Source: Octopus sinensis | Lineage: Eukaryota | NCBI RefSeq assembly: GCF_006345805.1 | Contig: NC_042999.1 | Span: 156,674,001 to 156,738,000 of the forward strand | DNA length: 64,000 nt | Direction: 5' to 3' | In this document: positions 1 to 12,646 of the stretch, one piece after another | Numbering within the stretch: position 1 is the first letter of the stretch | Layout: each line of letters opens with the position of its first letter | Program-made: the position numbers and the translations under genes | Notes under the pieces: generated by a model | What the model was told of the DNA's origin: nothing | Seen by the model: only the letters and a program-made list of their open reading frames with translations | The model's database searches: none

Positions 1-109
1 CGACTATAAGATACCTGGTTTTGGTTAAACTGCACCGCAAAATGTGGGAGTAGTTAGGAATCTTAATCGTAGGAGACAGACACACAACTTCTCTTTTATA
101 TATAAAGAT
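1..109 (+). mobile_element. Terminal part of a non-autonomous Helitron/Helentron-like (HINE/DINE-type) element, same family as 44512-44911
   Basis: Near-identical to 44802-44911; ends ...ttttatatataaagat. Confidence 0.6.
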
Positions 110-1002
110 GATAGTTACAACTGAATTGTCAGACAAGTAACTTAATTTGAAACATTATTTTGAAACTAAATCAATTCTATTGTGAAAGAGCCACTTTAGC
201 TAACTGAAACACAGAAAAACTTAAAATTTTCATTTTATTTATTTCTTGAGGTACCAAAATATTCTTTACTCTTCTGTGGGTTCCGCTGTAACTGAGTCAG
301 TGACCAGGAAAATGAAGCAAGCATTTTTTGTGTTTTTAGTTGGCTAAAATAACTCTTCCATGATTTCATGGTTTAATAATCTGTTATTTAATTTAATCTA
401 ACAAATGCATTGCTGTGGCACACCAGCAAATAGTTTCTGCACCATTTATATATAGTTGTGGACTGACAATTTGATTCATATTGGGCTTGATTCAGGTATG
501 CAAAGTTGATAGGCCACAAAAACGGTGAAATATCGGTATCTATCACTCCTGAATGAGACTGGAGGTGAGTTGTCTCACCTGTTAATGACTTTCAGGTGTT
601 TTAACACCCAACACAATGAGGGAGTCATCTCCTAGGTGCTATACCACAGTGAAACGGTGAACAAACAAAACACATACATTGAGCATGTGTGATCGATAAT
701 GTTTACAACACTAGCACTGCTTTTAATTCGTTCTTGAATACCAATAATATTGTCACTATGACTCCTAAATTGTTTATATTACTAACCTTCACAGAGAGGA
801 TAATCAACCTCAGTATTTCATTCATACATATTTTATTGACATAGAAGGATGAATGATATAGACAACACAGAATTTGAACTTGATGACAACATGGTCACTT
901 TCCACATGAATATGGTCACAGTTTATTATTCACATGATTGCATTTAATTCAAGAGAAAAGTTATTCAAGCTTTCAACAAAATATGATACATACATATAAA
1001 TT

Positions 1003-1570
1003 ATGATTTGTGTATGTATGTGTGTGTATGTATGTATGTATGTATGTATGTTGTATGTATGTATGTATGTATGTATGTATGTATGTGTGTATGTATGTAT
1101 GTATGTATGTATGTATGCATGTATGTATGCATGTGTGTGTGTATGTGTGTATGTATGTATGTATGTATGTATGCATGTGTGCATGTGTGTATGTATGTGT
1201 GTATGTATGTATGTATGTATGTGTGTATGTATGTATGTATGTATACATGTGTGTATGTATGTATGTATGTATGTATGTATGCATGTGTGCATGTGTGTAT
1301 GTATGTGTGTATGTATGTATGTATGTATGTATGCATGTGTGCATGTGTGTATGTGTGTATGTATGTATGTATGCATGTGTGTATGTATGTATGTATGTAT
1401 GTATGCATGTGTGCATGTGTGTATGTATGTGTGTATGTATGTATGTATGTATGTATGTATGTATGTATGTATGTATGTATGCATGCATGCATGTATGTAT
1501 TTGCATGTATGTATGTATTTGCATGTGTATGTGTATATGTATGTTGTATGTGTATATGTATGTATGTCTT
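1003..1570. repeat. Compound (ATGT)n/(GT)n microsatellite
   Basis: Directly visible; source of the HTYI/CMYV ORFs. Confidence 0.98.
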
Positions 1571-2312
1571 CTCTTTCTGACTGGCCACCAGCTTGGTAGC
1601 AAGCTGACGGAAAGTATCTTGATGTAACCATCATTCTTTAAATTGTAAGAAGTGTGTGTGTGTGTGTGTGTGTGTTTGAATATGGGTGTATTTACTTTTA
1701 ACATGCTCTTGTACACCAGAATGTGAAAGGCATTTGATGAGGAGTTTTGTTTCTGAGAAAAATTTCTCTTGAGACTTTGTGTGTTAAAACCAGTGAAACA
1801 AATTTCCAAGTGACATCAGTGGTAGACTACCAAGCAAGGCTTGAAATGATTTCACTTCTTCAGAAGCAGACACAGAGGCTAAACCAGAATTCCTGCTTGT
1901 AACTTACGGTTTGACAAGCTGGAATTTATTTAGTATAGATACACAAAACAATGAGGATAAAAATAAAGATGGTTACATTTATTTTTGGCACATTTTTGCA
2001 TGTTAGAAAATGAAAAGCACTCACTGTGGGATTTTTGTCTCATAGATATATTTCTTTCCATCATCTTTGTGAGCAAAATCCCATTCAGATGAGCTCCAAG
2101 AGACATCAGTAGACAATCAGACAGTGTTTCAATGTGACTTCACAGGATCTGCTACAGATGAAACAGAAATCATACCAAAACATCATGTCTGGTAGTCTGT
2201 TGATATTACTTAGAGCTCAGCTTGATGTGTTTTTATATGCTTTTGGAGAGAGAAATTTCTCTAATAAAGAAAATTCCACAGCGAATGTCTTTCAGATTCT
2301 ATTATACAAGAG

Positions 2313-2720
2313 CATCATCATCATCATCATCATTTAACGTCCGCTTTCCATGCTAACATGGGTTGAACGATTTGACTGAGGACTGGTGAACCAGATTGCT
2401 GCGCCAGGCTCCAATCTGATCTGGCAGAGTTTCTACAGCTGGATGCCCTTCCTAACACCAACCACTCCGAGAGTGCCCTTCCTAACACCAACCACTCCGA
2501 GAGTGCCCTTCCTAACACCAACCACTCCGAGAGCTTTTATGTGCCACCGGCACGAGGGCCAGTCTTGCGGTACTGGCAATGGCCATGCTCGAAAATGGTG
2601 TTTTTTACATGCCACCTGCACAGGAGTCAGTCCAGTGGCATTGGCAATGACCTCACTTGAATGTTTTGTTCATGTGCCACCGGCACAAGTGCCAGTAAGG
2701 TGACGCTTGTAATGAGCATA
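2313..2720 (-). mobile_element. RTE LINE 3'-UTR/tail fragment with internal 30-bp x3 tandem repeat (2444-2533)
   Basis: (CAT)n-tttaacgtccgctttccatgct... matches the 3' end of the RTE at 49447-49620. Confidence 0.85.
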
Positions 2721-2768
2721 CTAAAAACAAATGTATTCATCTTTATTTTGATCCTTGTTGTTGCGCAT

Positions 2769-2769
<1 letters not shown>

Positions 2770-2841
<72 letters not shown>

Positions 2842-2927
2842 TGTGTGTGTGTATGTGTGTGTGTTGTGTGTGTGTTGTGTGTGTGTATGTGTTGTGTGTG
2901 TGTGTATGTGTGTGTGTGTGTATGTGT

Positions 2928-2965
<38 letters not shown>

Positions 2966-3335
2966 TGTGTGTGTGTATGTGTGTGTGTGTGTATGTGTGT
3001 GTGTGTGTATGTGTGTGTGTGTATGTGTGTGTGTATGTGTGTGTGTGTGTATGTGTGTGTGTGCATGTGTGTGTGTGTGTGTATTGTGTGTGTGTGTATG
3101 TGGGTGTGTATGTGTGTGTGGTGTATGTGTGTGTGTGTGTGTGTATGTGTGTTGTGTATGTGTGTGTGTGTGTAGTGTGTGTGTGTGTGTGTATGTGTGT
3201 GTGTGTATGTTGTGTGTGTATGTGTGTGTGTGTGTGGTGTGTGTATGTGTGTGTGTGTGTGTGTGTGTGCATACATGTGCACATGCATGTATGTGTTTGT
3301 GCACATGTATGTGTGCATGTGTATGTGTAAATACA
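2770..3335. repeat. Interrupted (GT)n microsatellite
   Basis: Directly visible. Confidence 0.98.
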
Positions 3336-4584
3336 CATACACAGATATATATTCCTGGTTTCATAAATAAAGTCAGCAGCAGGTATATTGGCTCGAAAGA
3401 ATGTGCACATTTTAATAGATAGCAATTGACATTCAGAGAGGTCTGTTTCAGAGTGTTAAAATAAGAAATCAGAAACGATACAGACTCCTACCTAAATGCT
3501 AAAAGCCAAATAAATAAGAATCCAGCAATAGAAAACTATGAAACTCCAAACCAAACAGAAGCTATAGGCATATCAACCACTTCTATATAAAACAATAATA
3601 CAATGAAGTAAAAGGGAAAGAAAACAGGTCAATACAAATATTATTATTAACACAGATTATTAGAAAAAGGAACAAAAATTGAAGTAGAATTTACTAGGAT
3701 TTGAAAAGCAAATATGTACAAAATAAAATATATAAATAAGAACAGAAACAAAATGAAGATTGCCAGTGCAAATAGAAGTAGTCTTCTGGGATGTAAGTGC
3801 AGAAACAAGTGATTCATATAAATTATGTAAGAATGGAAAATAATGAAGAGAACTGATGAAAACTATGTAACAATTACAACCAAGGAAATAATAAAGGCAA
3901 AGGACAAAATGAGGGGAAAAAGGACAGGCAACTATCAGAAATAATATAAAGAAAGAAAGTCTAACACAAAATAGGTGTGGAGTAATTAAATCATGTGAAG
4001 AACAAATTTATTGTTGAAGGAAGGTGGTAGAGGCAGAGAGTAAGAGAGGAAACAGTATTGGAGAGAGAGAGACAGTGTGTAATAGAAGGAACGGGGGGAA
4101 AGTAAAAGAGTAATGTCAAAGGTTAGAGAAAAAGAGAGGGAGAGAGAGAGAGAGATGTGTGATAAGGATGGTGGGATGGCTCAAGTGGGGGAAGATCCAG
4201 TGCTATCCTCTATTTTATAGATAAAGCTGGGCTGGTGGAATGGATCAGAGGGTGTATAAAAAACAATTAGAAATTTGGGTGATGAGGAGCTGGAGAAGCC
4301 ATGGAGAGGTGGTCAATGAAAGAAAGAGAGGTAGTGTTGGGAGAGAGAGAGAGAGAGAGAAGAATAAGGTATTGAAGTGGTAAAGATGCTGAGGTGAAGG
4401 TCAGGAAGACTAAGAGAGGCAGGAGTATGGAGTAGCAGTGTATGCATGCAGTGAAAGCAATATGGGAAAGGGTAGCAGGAGGGTATCATAGAGGCTGGTG
4501 GGGAGAAGGCATCCCAAGTATTAACACTGTCTATTTCAGTATCCTCTCTTAGAAAGAGTCTTAAAAGTCTGATGCTCTACCGAC

Positions 4585-4798
4585 TGAACGTTAGCACGCC
4601 GGGCGAAATGCGTAGCCGTATTTCGTCTGCCGTTATGTTCTGAGTTCAAATTCTGCTGAGGTCGACTTTGCCTTTCATCCTTTCGGGGTCGATAAATTAA
4701 GTACCAGTTACGCACTGGGGTCGATATAATTGACTTAACTCTTTTGTCTGTCCTTGTTTGTCCCCTCTATGTTTAGCCCCTGGTGGGTAATAAAGAAA
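4585..4798 (+). mobile_element. SINE family C (core resembles the Meta-type SINE domain)
   Basis: gagttcaaat...gaggtcgactttgcctttcatcctttcggggtcgataaattaagtaccag shared with 27993-28216 and others; domain name from recall. Confidence 0.8.
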
Positions 4799-5317
4799 CA
4801 TATTTCAGTATTCTCTCTGTTATACTTGTACTGAAGTGTAGGTCTCCTCTTGTAACACATCACTATTTCTTTGTACCAATCTTAATAATTCTGAGAGAAC
4901 CTGAAAAGTTATGATTGCTGTCTTTCCTCAGCTGATTAAATGAACTAATTAAAACATACAAAACTCACTGTCTGCAATCACTCTTATTGCTAAAATTGCA
5001 CCCAATAAACTTTTTCAGGAGACATGTTTTAGGATAAAATACAAGACTTCCTAACTTTCATATCTGAGGAACCACATTAACTTCAATCCTAGACATTCTT
5101 CATATTAGTGTATCTGCAAATTAATAAACCTACCTTTGCTGACAACTTTTTCATCCATTCATTGTTTTCACTGACTTTTCTGTTTTACTCTTTCAAATTT
5201 GTCAACAATAACTTTACAAGCCCAAGCTATGTCCGTATTTGTGTTTCTACTTTTCATCACTAATCCTGTTTAAACTCCAAGCTCAATAATATATGTCAAC
5301 TACCCTTATGGCATTTA

Positions 5318-5653
5318 CAGTGTATCCCTGCTTATTCGTGATTCGGCATTCGCGGAACAAATAATCTTTTACAGAAAGCACCGCATATTTGCCGAATAGT
5401 AAATATCATCTGCGATTTCTTATGACTTCCTTCACACTTTTTAAGGCTTAATTATTAATAACAATATACCATATTTGCCGGCTTATCAGACGTCCCTTTG
5501 CCCCCTATTAGAATAGCCTTGCATCACGTCACTTGATTAGTTTAGATACAAGTACACTGTATCTTGCATCTCTTATTCTTGCTTTCAGTCACACCTTTCT
5601 AATTAGTATAGTGACATCTATGTATATTTCACACACACGTACACACACACACA

Positions 5654-5686
<33 letters not shown>

Positions 5687-5735
5687 ATTCTCTCGCTGTA
5701 TTCGTCTCTCAACAACAACCTCTCATTGTTGTTAA

Positions 5736-5786
<51 letters not shown>

Positions 5787-6972
5787 CTATATGGGATCCA
5801 GACGATGGAATCTACCTTGGCATTGTGGATCAGTGACTGCAAGAAGAATAACATCTGTTTGTGTGATAACATCATCCATGAGAAAGTGCAGAAATTATAC
5901 CAGCAGTTTGACAGAGGAGACGGAGCAGAAGGCACCAAAGAACCGCAAGCAAGACCATTGACAGCACCAGAACCTGAAGACTTTCAAGCTAGCAAAGGAT
6001 GGTTTGACTGTTTCCAGAATCGATTTAAAATAAAGTGTGTTTCCCAGCATGGGGTGACAGCACCAGCTGACAAAGAAGCTGCTGAGAAGTACTTCGAGGC
6101 CTTCAGGCAGATCATCAAGGACAAGAGATACAAGCCAGAACAGGTTTTCAATATGGATGAGACTGGCTTGTTCTGGAAGAAGATGCCTTCCAGAATATAC
6201 ACCATGAAGAACGAAGCCAGAGCCCCAGGATTTAAGGCACAGAAGAACAGGGTGATGCTAATTATGTGTGGCAATGCTGCTGGTTTCATGATGAAACCAG
6301 GACTTATCTACAAGTCCACAAACCTGAGGGCCTTCAAAAATAAGAATAAAAACCTGCTGCCTGTCCACTGGATGCACAACCCCAAGGCCTGGATTACCTA
6401 AAGTCTATCTTTGAATTGGTTCCACCAATGCTTCGTCCCTCAAGCCAAGGAATACCTGCAAGACACATGCATGGAATTCAAGGTGTTGCTTGTTCTGGAT
6501 AATACTGGTAGTCATTCATTGAATTTGAATCACAAGGGACTCCAAATCAAGTTCCTCTCTGCTAACACCACCTCCCTCATCCAGCCAATGGTTCAAGGCA
6601 TGATCTTTGGCTTCAAGGCACTTTACACTCAGAACTCTCTCCATGGTTGATGTAAAAAGATACCTTGATGAATTCTTTGCCATGAAACCACCTCCATTCT
6701 GGGAAGAGGGTGTTTTCAAGTTAAAGGAAAGATGGAGACACATTGTGCAACAAAATGGTTCATATTTGGTCAATTTGAAAATGTAATGGCAAGTATTTAT
6801 TGACCTTTTTCTTTCCTTTAAAAATCGACACAAACTTTCTGGACAACCCAATATTTTACATTATATTTTGAAATTATAGGCATTTTTTATGGACCATGTC
6901 CAATATTCATGGTTTCTCATTATTCACAGGTGCTCTAGGAACGTAACTCCTATGAATACCGGGGGACTACTG
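5318..6972 (+). mobile_element. Tigger/pogo DNA transposon remnant (CENP-B HTH + DDE_1 transposase, disrupted)
   Basis: TA-CAGT...GGGGGACTACTG-TA imperfect ends; ORFs 5739-6401 (ASKGWF, QVFNMDETGLFWKKMP) and 6411-6650 (LLVLDN) separated by a stop. Confidence 0.9.
6649..6853 (+). mobile_element. 3' fragment of a mariner nested in the Tigger
   Basis: Closely matches 32102-32308, including the right TIR ...ggacaacccaata. Confidence 0.88.
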
Positions 6973-7319
6973 TATTTCTATTAACAATGTAGTAGTGAAA
7001 CATCAACGAACAACTCTGCAAAAGTCATAAAAGATTATCTGTCCAATTGAGTTCATTTATCCTTTCAGCCTAATTCTGCTCCTTTTTGAATACAATAATA
7101 GACACTTCTAAAAACTAAACCATCCCATACAAGCCAAAGAAAGCAAAGATGAAATTGATGATATCGAGAAAGAATAAGAAGAGTGAAGAAAGTGATTATG
7201 ATTCTAATACTTCAATACTTTCTAATGTTTTAGCTTTTTTGTAGCAAAATTTCCAAGGTAACAGCTCTCATCAGTGTACAAGTGAATAATTATCCTCTTT
7301 GTCTCATTGCATATATCAC

Positions 7320-7527
7320 TCTTTTACTCTTTTACTTGTTTCAGTCATTTGACTGTGGCCATGCTGGAGCACCGCCTCTAATTGAGCAAATCGACCCCGG
7401 GACTTATTCTTTGTAAGCCCAGTACTTATTTTATCAGTCTCTTTTGCCGAACTGCTAAGTGACGGGGACGTAAACACACCAGCATCGGTTGTCAAGCAAT
7501 ACTAGGGGGACAAACACAGACACACAA

Positions 7528-7558
<31 letters not shown>

Positions 7559-7737
7559 CATATATACATATATACGACAGGCTTCTTTCAGTTTCCGTCT
7601 ACCAAATCCACTCACAAGACATTGGTCGGGCCGGGGCTATAGCAGAAGACACTTGCCCAAAATGCCACGCAGTGGGACTGAACCTGGAACCATGTGGTTG
7701 GTTAGCAAGCTACTTACCACACAGCCACTCCTGCGCC
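7320..7737 (-). mobile_element. tRNA-derived SINE family A, full length
   Basis: Head ggcgcaggagtggctgtgtggtaag, B-box-like ggttcagtccc, central AT/GT microsatellite, tail aaacaagtaaaaga; about 12 copies in window. Confidence 0.9.
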
Positions 7738-7799
7738 TATATCAGTTTACTATTTCAAAAAATATTTGTCAATAAAAACAACAACTAAAAATAACTTAC

Positions 7800-8010
7800 T
7801 TATCATCTCCAGAGTCGGAGGAATATTTTCTAATGACTCCATGTTCTTTTGGTGATGGTGATTCTGGTTCTTCATTTTCATTTTCTTCTTTTATAACTTG
7901 ACTTGGGTTATTCATAAAAGAATTGCTGATAGTAACTGCAGGGAGACTCTCAATTTCTTCATCAGTGTCATCATCCTCACTCAGGTTTTGTAGCTCATTT
8001 GCAAATTCAT
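7800..8010 (-). CDS. slo2: KCNT/Slo2 acidic RCK1-RCK2 linker exon: EFANELQNLSEDDDTDEEIESLPAVTISNSFMNNPSQVIKEENENEEPESPSPKEHGVIRKYSSDSGDD(K/N) (211 nt)
   Basis: tatag| acceptor, AA|gtaagt donor, phase 1-2; only the phase-compatible frame is open; coding-like composition in an AT-rich intron. Confidence 0.75.
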
Positions 8011-9361
8011 CTATATGTGATATATTTAATTCATTAAATACAAAGTACTTGCAATAATATATATATATAGGGAGAGTTTACGAAAAAAACAAAAGACGAA
8101 GACAGGTGGTGTACAAAACAAACATATGTATTAGTATAACGCTCAGGAATAGAAAAAAAAAAAATATATATATGCATCTGCTCAGGTGTGTGTAATGTAA
8201 CAGAATTTACATGAATCAAAAAAGAATACTCAATACAAATGTACAGTGAAGAAAGTAAATTTATAAATATATATATATATATATATATAATCTGTCAGTT
8301 GTCCTTACATCAGAGAAGCACTGTCTAAAACAGAATTTAAGCAGTTGTACTTCTAACCAGTTAGAAAGTTACCATTGGTTTCACATCTATTATTGCATTT
8401 GGCAATACTGATAATGCTTTAGACATGCTGAACAGAAGCACATAGCCCCTTTATTCAAGTGGTAATTTTCTGATTGGCTATATGCTACAATCAGGAACAT
8501 ACAATTTGACAATATATATGAAACTCAAAATTATAAATGAAATAGAAATCAAGCATAAAGATTTAATTTTCTGGTAAGATTTTCTGAAATTGTTAAAGAA
8601 AAGTTGGTAATAAATTTCACCTAAATTTTTTTAATAACAACCAAATCTATTTATATTAGATTCTGTTTTAATTAGCAATGAGTAGAAAGTTCAATTAATA
8701 CTTTTAAAAATAACTTTAATATTCAAATTAGGAATTGATATTTTAAACAGGTTGGAGAAAAATAAAAATAAATAAACTTATTTTAATATGATGTTGGATA
8801 AATAACACACACACACGAAAACACAGATAGACAGACAGACAGACAGACAAACAGATAAAGTATATATCAATTAAACTATCTACATTTATTAGAGTGCAGA
8901 CACCTTTCAAAGAACAATCATAAGCTGTGGTAAGTGAGAATATGTTGACTTTAATTTTAAATCATTACTCAAAGTAATTTAAGCAGGATTCTAATGATTA
9001 GCCAATGAGAATGTTAACAGTTTATTGATTGAGGCAGTTCACATCTTATAATGTCTGTATTCTTACAGATGAAGCTCTGGGGGTTTCGTTTCTATTGGAG
9101 AAAACCTGGTTATAGTTAACTGAGCTTACGTACCAGAAATGAAGTATATGAATTCAAATTTCTATATTTTTGTTACACGACAGGGCTAATAATGAAATTT
9201 TAAAAAATGAAGGCACCATTACTTGTGTTTTTATCAAACTTAAATATGATGAAAGCAAGTTTATTTAGTACATGACAGAATATTTGCCCTTTTTTAATTC
9301 TTGTCTCAAGGCAATGTTATAGCAAGTTTGTCAAGTTTAACTGAGGTTTGACAAAGATATA

Positions 9362-9998
9362 GGCGCAGGAGTGGTCGTGTGGTAAGTAGCTTGCTTACCA
9401 ACCACATGGTTCCGGGTTCAGTCCCACTGCGTGGCACCTTGGGCAAATTTCTTCTACTATAACCTCGGGCCGACCAAAGCCTTGTGAGTGGATTTAGTAG
9501 ACGGAAACTGAAAGAAGCCCGTTGTATATGTGTGTGTAGATATATATGTGTGTATATATATGTGTGTGTATATATATATATATGTGTGTGTGTATATATA
9601 TACACATATATATATGTGTGTGTATAAATATGTGTGTATATATATATGTGTATATATATATATGTCAACAGATGCTGGGCAAGTGTCTTCTACTATAACT
9701 TTGGGCCGACCAAAGCCTTGTGAGTGGATTTGGTAGACGGAAACTGAAAGAAGCCCGTCGTATATATGTATATATATATGTGTGTGTGTATGTTTGTGTG
9801 TCTGTGTTTGTCCCCCTAGCATTGCTTATCAACAGATGCTGATGTGTTTAAGTCCCCGCAACTTAGCGGTTCGGCAAAAGAGACCGATAGAATAAGTACT
9901 AGGCTTACAAAGAATAAGTCCTGGGGTCAATTTGCTCGACTAAAGGCGGTGCTGCAGCATGGCCGCAGTCAAATGACTGAAACAAGTAAAAGAGAGAG
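9362..9998 (+). mobile_element. SINE family A with internal duplication of the core
   Basis: ggcaa(a/g)t(t/g)tcttctactataac...gaaagaagcccg occurs twice (about 9443 and 9678). Confidence 0.9.
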
Positions 9999-10299
9999 AG
10001 TCGATGAAAATTAGTAATTGAGGAAGTAATGCAAATGGAACTATAAACATTCTACTGGAACAAGAGGAAATTAGTGATTATCTATATTAAAGATTTGCTG
10101 TGTGGAATCATTTGTAAACTCAAAGATCTTAATTGACCTGTATCCCTTTATTTAATGTTCTCCTTTACATCTGTTAGAAAGATTTATTGTAGGTATGTCA
10201 GAAACATAAGATTCTATCAAAACAGGCCTGAAACTTCAAATCAGTTATTACCCCAAATCATTAAAATAATTGACGACAACAGAAAAATTCTGTGAGTGT

Positions 10300-10452
10300 A
10301 GTGGGTGCTTTTTACGTGCCACCGGCATAGGTGCCAGGTGAGGCTGGCAATGGCCACGATCGGATTGGTGCTTTTTATGTGCCACCGGATTGATGCTTTT
10401 TATGTGCCACCAGATTGGTGCTTTTTATGTGCCACCGGATTGGTACTTTTTT
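10300..10452 (-). mobile_element. Truncated RTE 3'-UTR fragment with 3-4 units of a 25-bp repeat, followed by (GTAT)n to about 10620
   Basis: Nearly identical to 11305-11445. Confidence 0.8.
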
Positions 10453-10549
10453 GGTATGTATGTATGTATGTATGTATGTATGCATGTATGCATGTATGTA
10501 TGTATGTATGTATGTTATGTATGTATGTATGCTAGTATGTAAGTGTGTG

Positions 10550-10581
<32 letters not shown>

Positions 10582-11143
10582 TGTATGTATGTACATATGC
10601 ATGTATATATGCATGCATACACAATTTTCCTTTGAATTTTATTCAAGTTCTTCTTGAGAGAGTTTAAACTGGTTGCTAACAAAGTGACAAGACTTTTTGA
10701 GTTAAGAGAGTTCTTGGTTTTTGTAAATATGTGGTTGAGTTGGTAATGGATATATGAATGAATGTGTGTGAGTGTGTGTGCATATATGTATGTGTCTGTT
10801 GTGTGTGTGTGTGTGTGTATGCATGTATGTATGTCCATCTATCTCTACGTCTGTATATATGGCAATAATCCTAGTCTTAATAGTTCTTCACAATGACTCT
10901 ATGTTAAAACAAATTTTTGAAATGGATTTTCAGTAAAATATATTTAGGACACTCATTGTAAATCAAATTTTGAAAATCATCAAAAATGAACATGGTGAAA
11001 TAGCTATATGAGAAACAGATGATCTCTCGAACATTTAGAGTGAAAACAATTTAAATTTTTAAAAAATGAGCTTTAAGAATGCTACTATCAAATATTTCAA
11101 CTTCAAGTTTGCCAAATTTTCTTTTACAAAGTTTTGAGAAAAT

Positions 11144-11835
11144 ATCATCATCATCATCATCATCATCGTTTAACGTCCGCTTTCCATGCTAGCATGGGTT
11201 GGACGGTTCGACCGGGGATCTGGGAAGCCAGAAGGCTGCACCAAGCCCAGTCTGATCTGGCAGTGTTTCTATGGCTGCATGCCCTTCCTAACGCCAGCCA
11301 CTCTGTGAGTATAGTGGGTGCTTTTTACGTGCCACCGGCATAGGTGCCAGGCGAGGCTGGCAATGGCCACAATTGGATTGGTGCTTTTTATGTGCCACCG
11401 GATTGGTGCTTTTTATGTGCCACCGGATTGGTACTTTTTACGTGCCACCGGATTGGTGCGTTTTACGTGCCACTGGATTGGTGCTTTTTATGTGCCACCG
11501 GATTGGTGATTTTTAGGTGCCACCGGATTGGTGCTTTTTATGTGCCACCGGATTGGTGCTTTTTAAGTGCCACCGGATTGGTGCTTTTTATGTGCCACCG
11601 GATTGGTGCTTTTTACGTGCCACTGGATTGGTACTTTTTATGTGCCACCGGATTAGTACTTTTTACGTGCCACCGGATTGGTGCTTTTTACGTGCCACCA
11701 GATTGGTGCTTTTTATGTGCCACCGGATTGGTGCTTTTTATGTGCCACCGGATTGGTGCTTTTTACATGCCACCAGATTGGTGCTTTTTACGTGCCACCA
11801 GATTGGTGCTTTTTATGTGCCACCGGCATGGAAGC
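11144..11835 (-). mobile_element. RTE 3'-UTR/tail fragment carrying about 18 x 25-bp minisatellite (gtgccaccggattggtgctttttat)
   Basis: (CAT)n tail at 11144-11167; array about 11374-11826. Confidence 0.9.
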
Positions 11836-12258
11836 CAGTCAAGTTATATTATTTTTATAGATCCTGTATTTAAGAAAATGTATTTATTTGAATTTACAGC
11901 ATGTTTTTTTCAACACGAGCACACTTATTTAGACAACATGACTCAAAGGCAGCAACCTGACGGAATCATTACTGCACCAGACAAAATGCTAAGACACATT
12001 TCTTCCAGTTTTATATTTTGAGTCCAAATTTTGCCACTGTCAATTTGCCTTTCATCTTTTGAGGTTAATAAAATGAATATTAGTTGAGTCCAGGCAGGTT
12101 CAATGCAAATGACAAGACCCCCTCCCCCAAAATTTCAGGCCTTGTGCCTATAGTAAAAGGAAATATAACAGGACAATTATGAATATAGTGTCACCATTTA
12201 AAAAAGTTTCTTTTCATAAAAAATACAATCAACATTTTCAACCATTTCTACATTAAAA

Positions 12259-12646
12259 GGCGCAGGAGTGGCTGTGTGGTAAGTAGCTTGCTAACCAGCC
12301 ACATGGTTCGGGGTTCAGTCCCACTGTGTGGCATCTTGGGCAAGTGTCTTCTGCTATAGCCTCGGGCCGACCAAAGCCTTGTGAGTGGATTTGGTAGACA
12401 GAAACTGAAAGAAGCCTGTTGTATATATATATATATGTATGTGTGTTTGTCCCCCTAGCATTGCTTGACAACCGATGCTGGTGTGTTTACGTCCCCGTCA
12501 CTTATCGGTTCGGCAAAAAAGAGACCGATAGAATAAGTACTGGGCTTACAAAGAATAAGTCCCGTGGTCGAGTTGCTCGACTAAAGGCGGTGCTCCAGCA
12601 TGGCCGCAGTCAAAAGACTGAAACAAGTAAAAGAGAGAGAGAGAGA
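12259..12646 (+). mobile_element. SINE family A
   Basis: Full head-to-tail match to family. Confidence 0.9.

Noticed and set aside
1908-1918. 11-nt microexon candidate ttccag|CTTGTCAAACC|gtaagt on minus
   Set aside because: Not a multiple of three, would change phase after the 7800 exon, and has no homology support
930-3425. Long His/Thr/Tyr/Ile or Cys/Val/Met ORFs (also near 9.3-10.8, 21.7-22.1, 25.7-26.3 and 49.1-49.4 kb)
   Set aside because: Translations of microsatellites that lack stop codons; no coding evidence
3430-5300. Purine-rich stretches resembling old LINE debris (also about 23330-23650, 57820-58750, 61120-61500)
   Set aside because: Too decayed to assign a family or boundaries without a profile search
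1-7799. Expected downstream RCK2 exons (GYPP, PYIG, LCH motifs)
   Set aside because: No convincing match by eye; probably outside the window, a tBLASTn would settle it
9069-9121. Possible minus-strand exon ending at gtaaga
   Set aside because: Phase 1-0 product would put the 8010 exon into a closed frame
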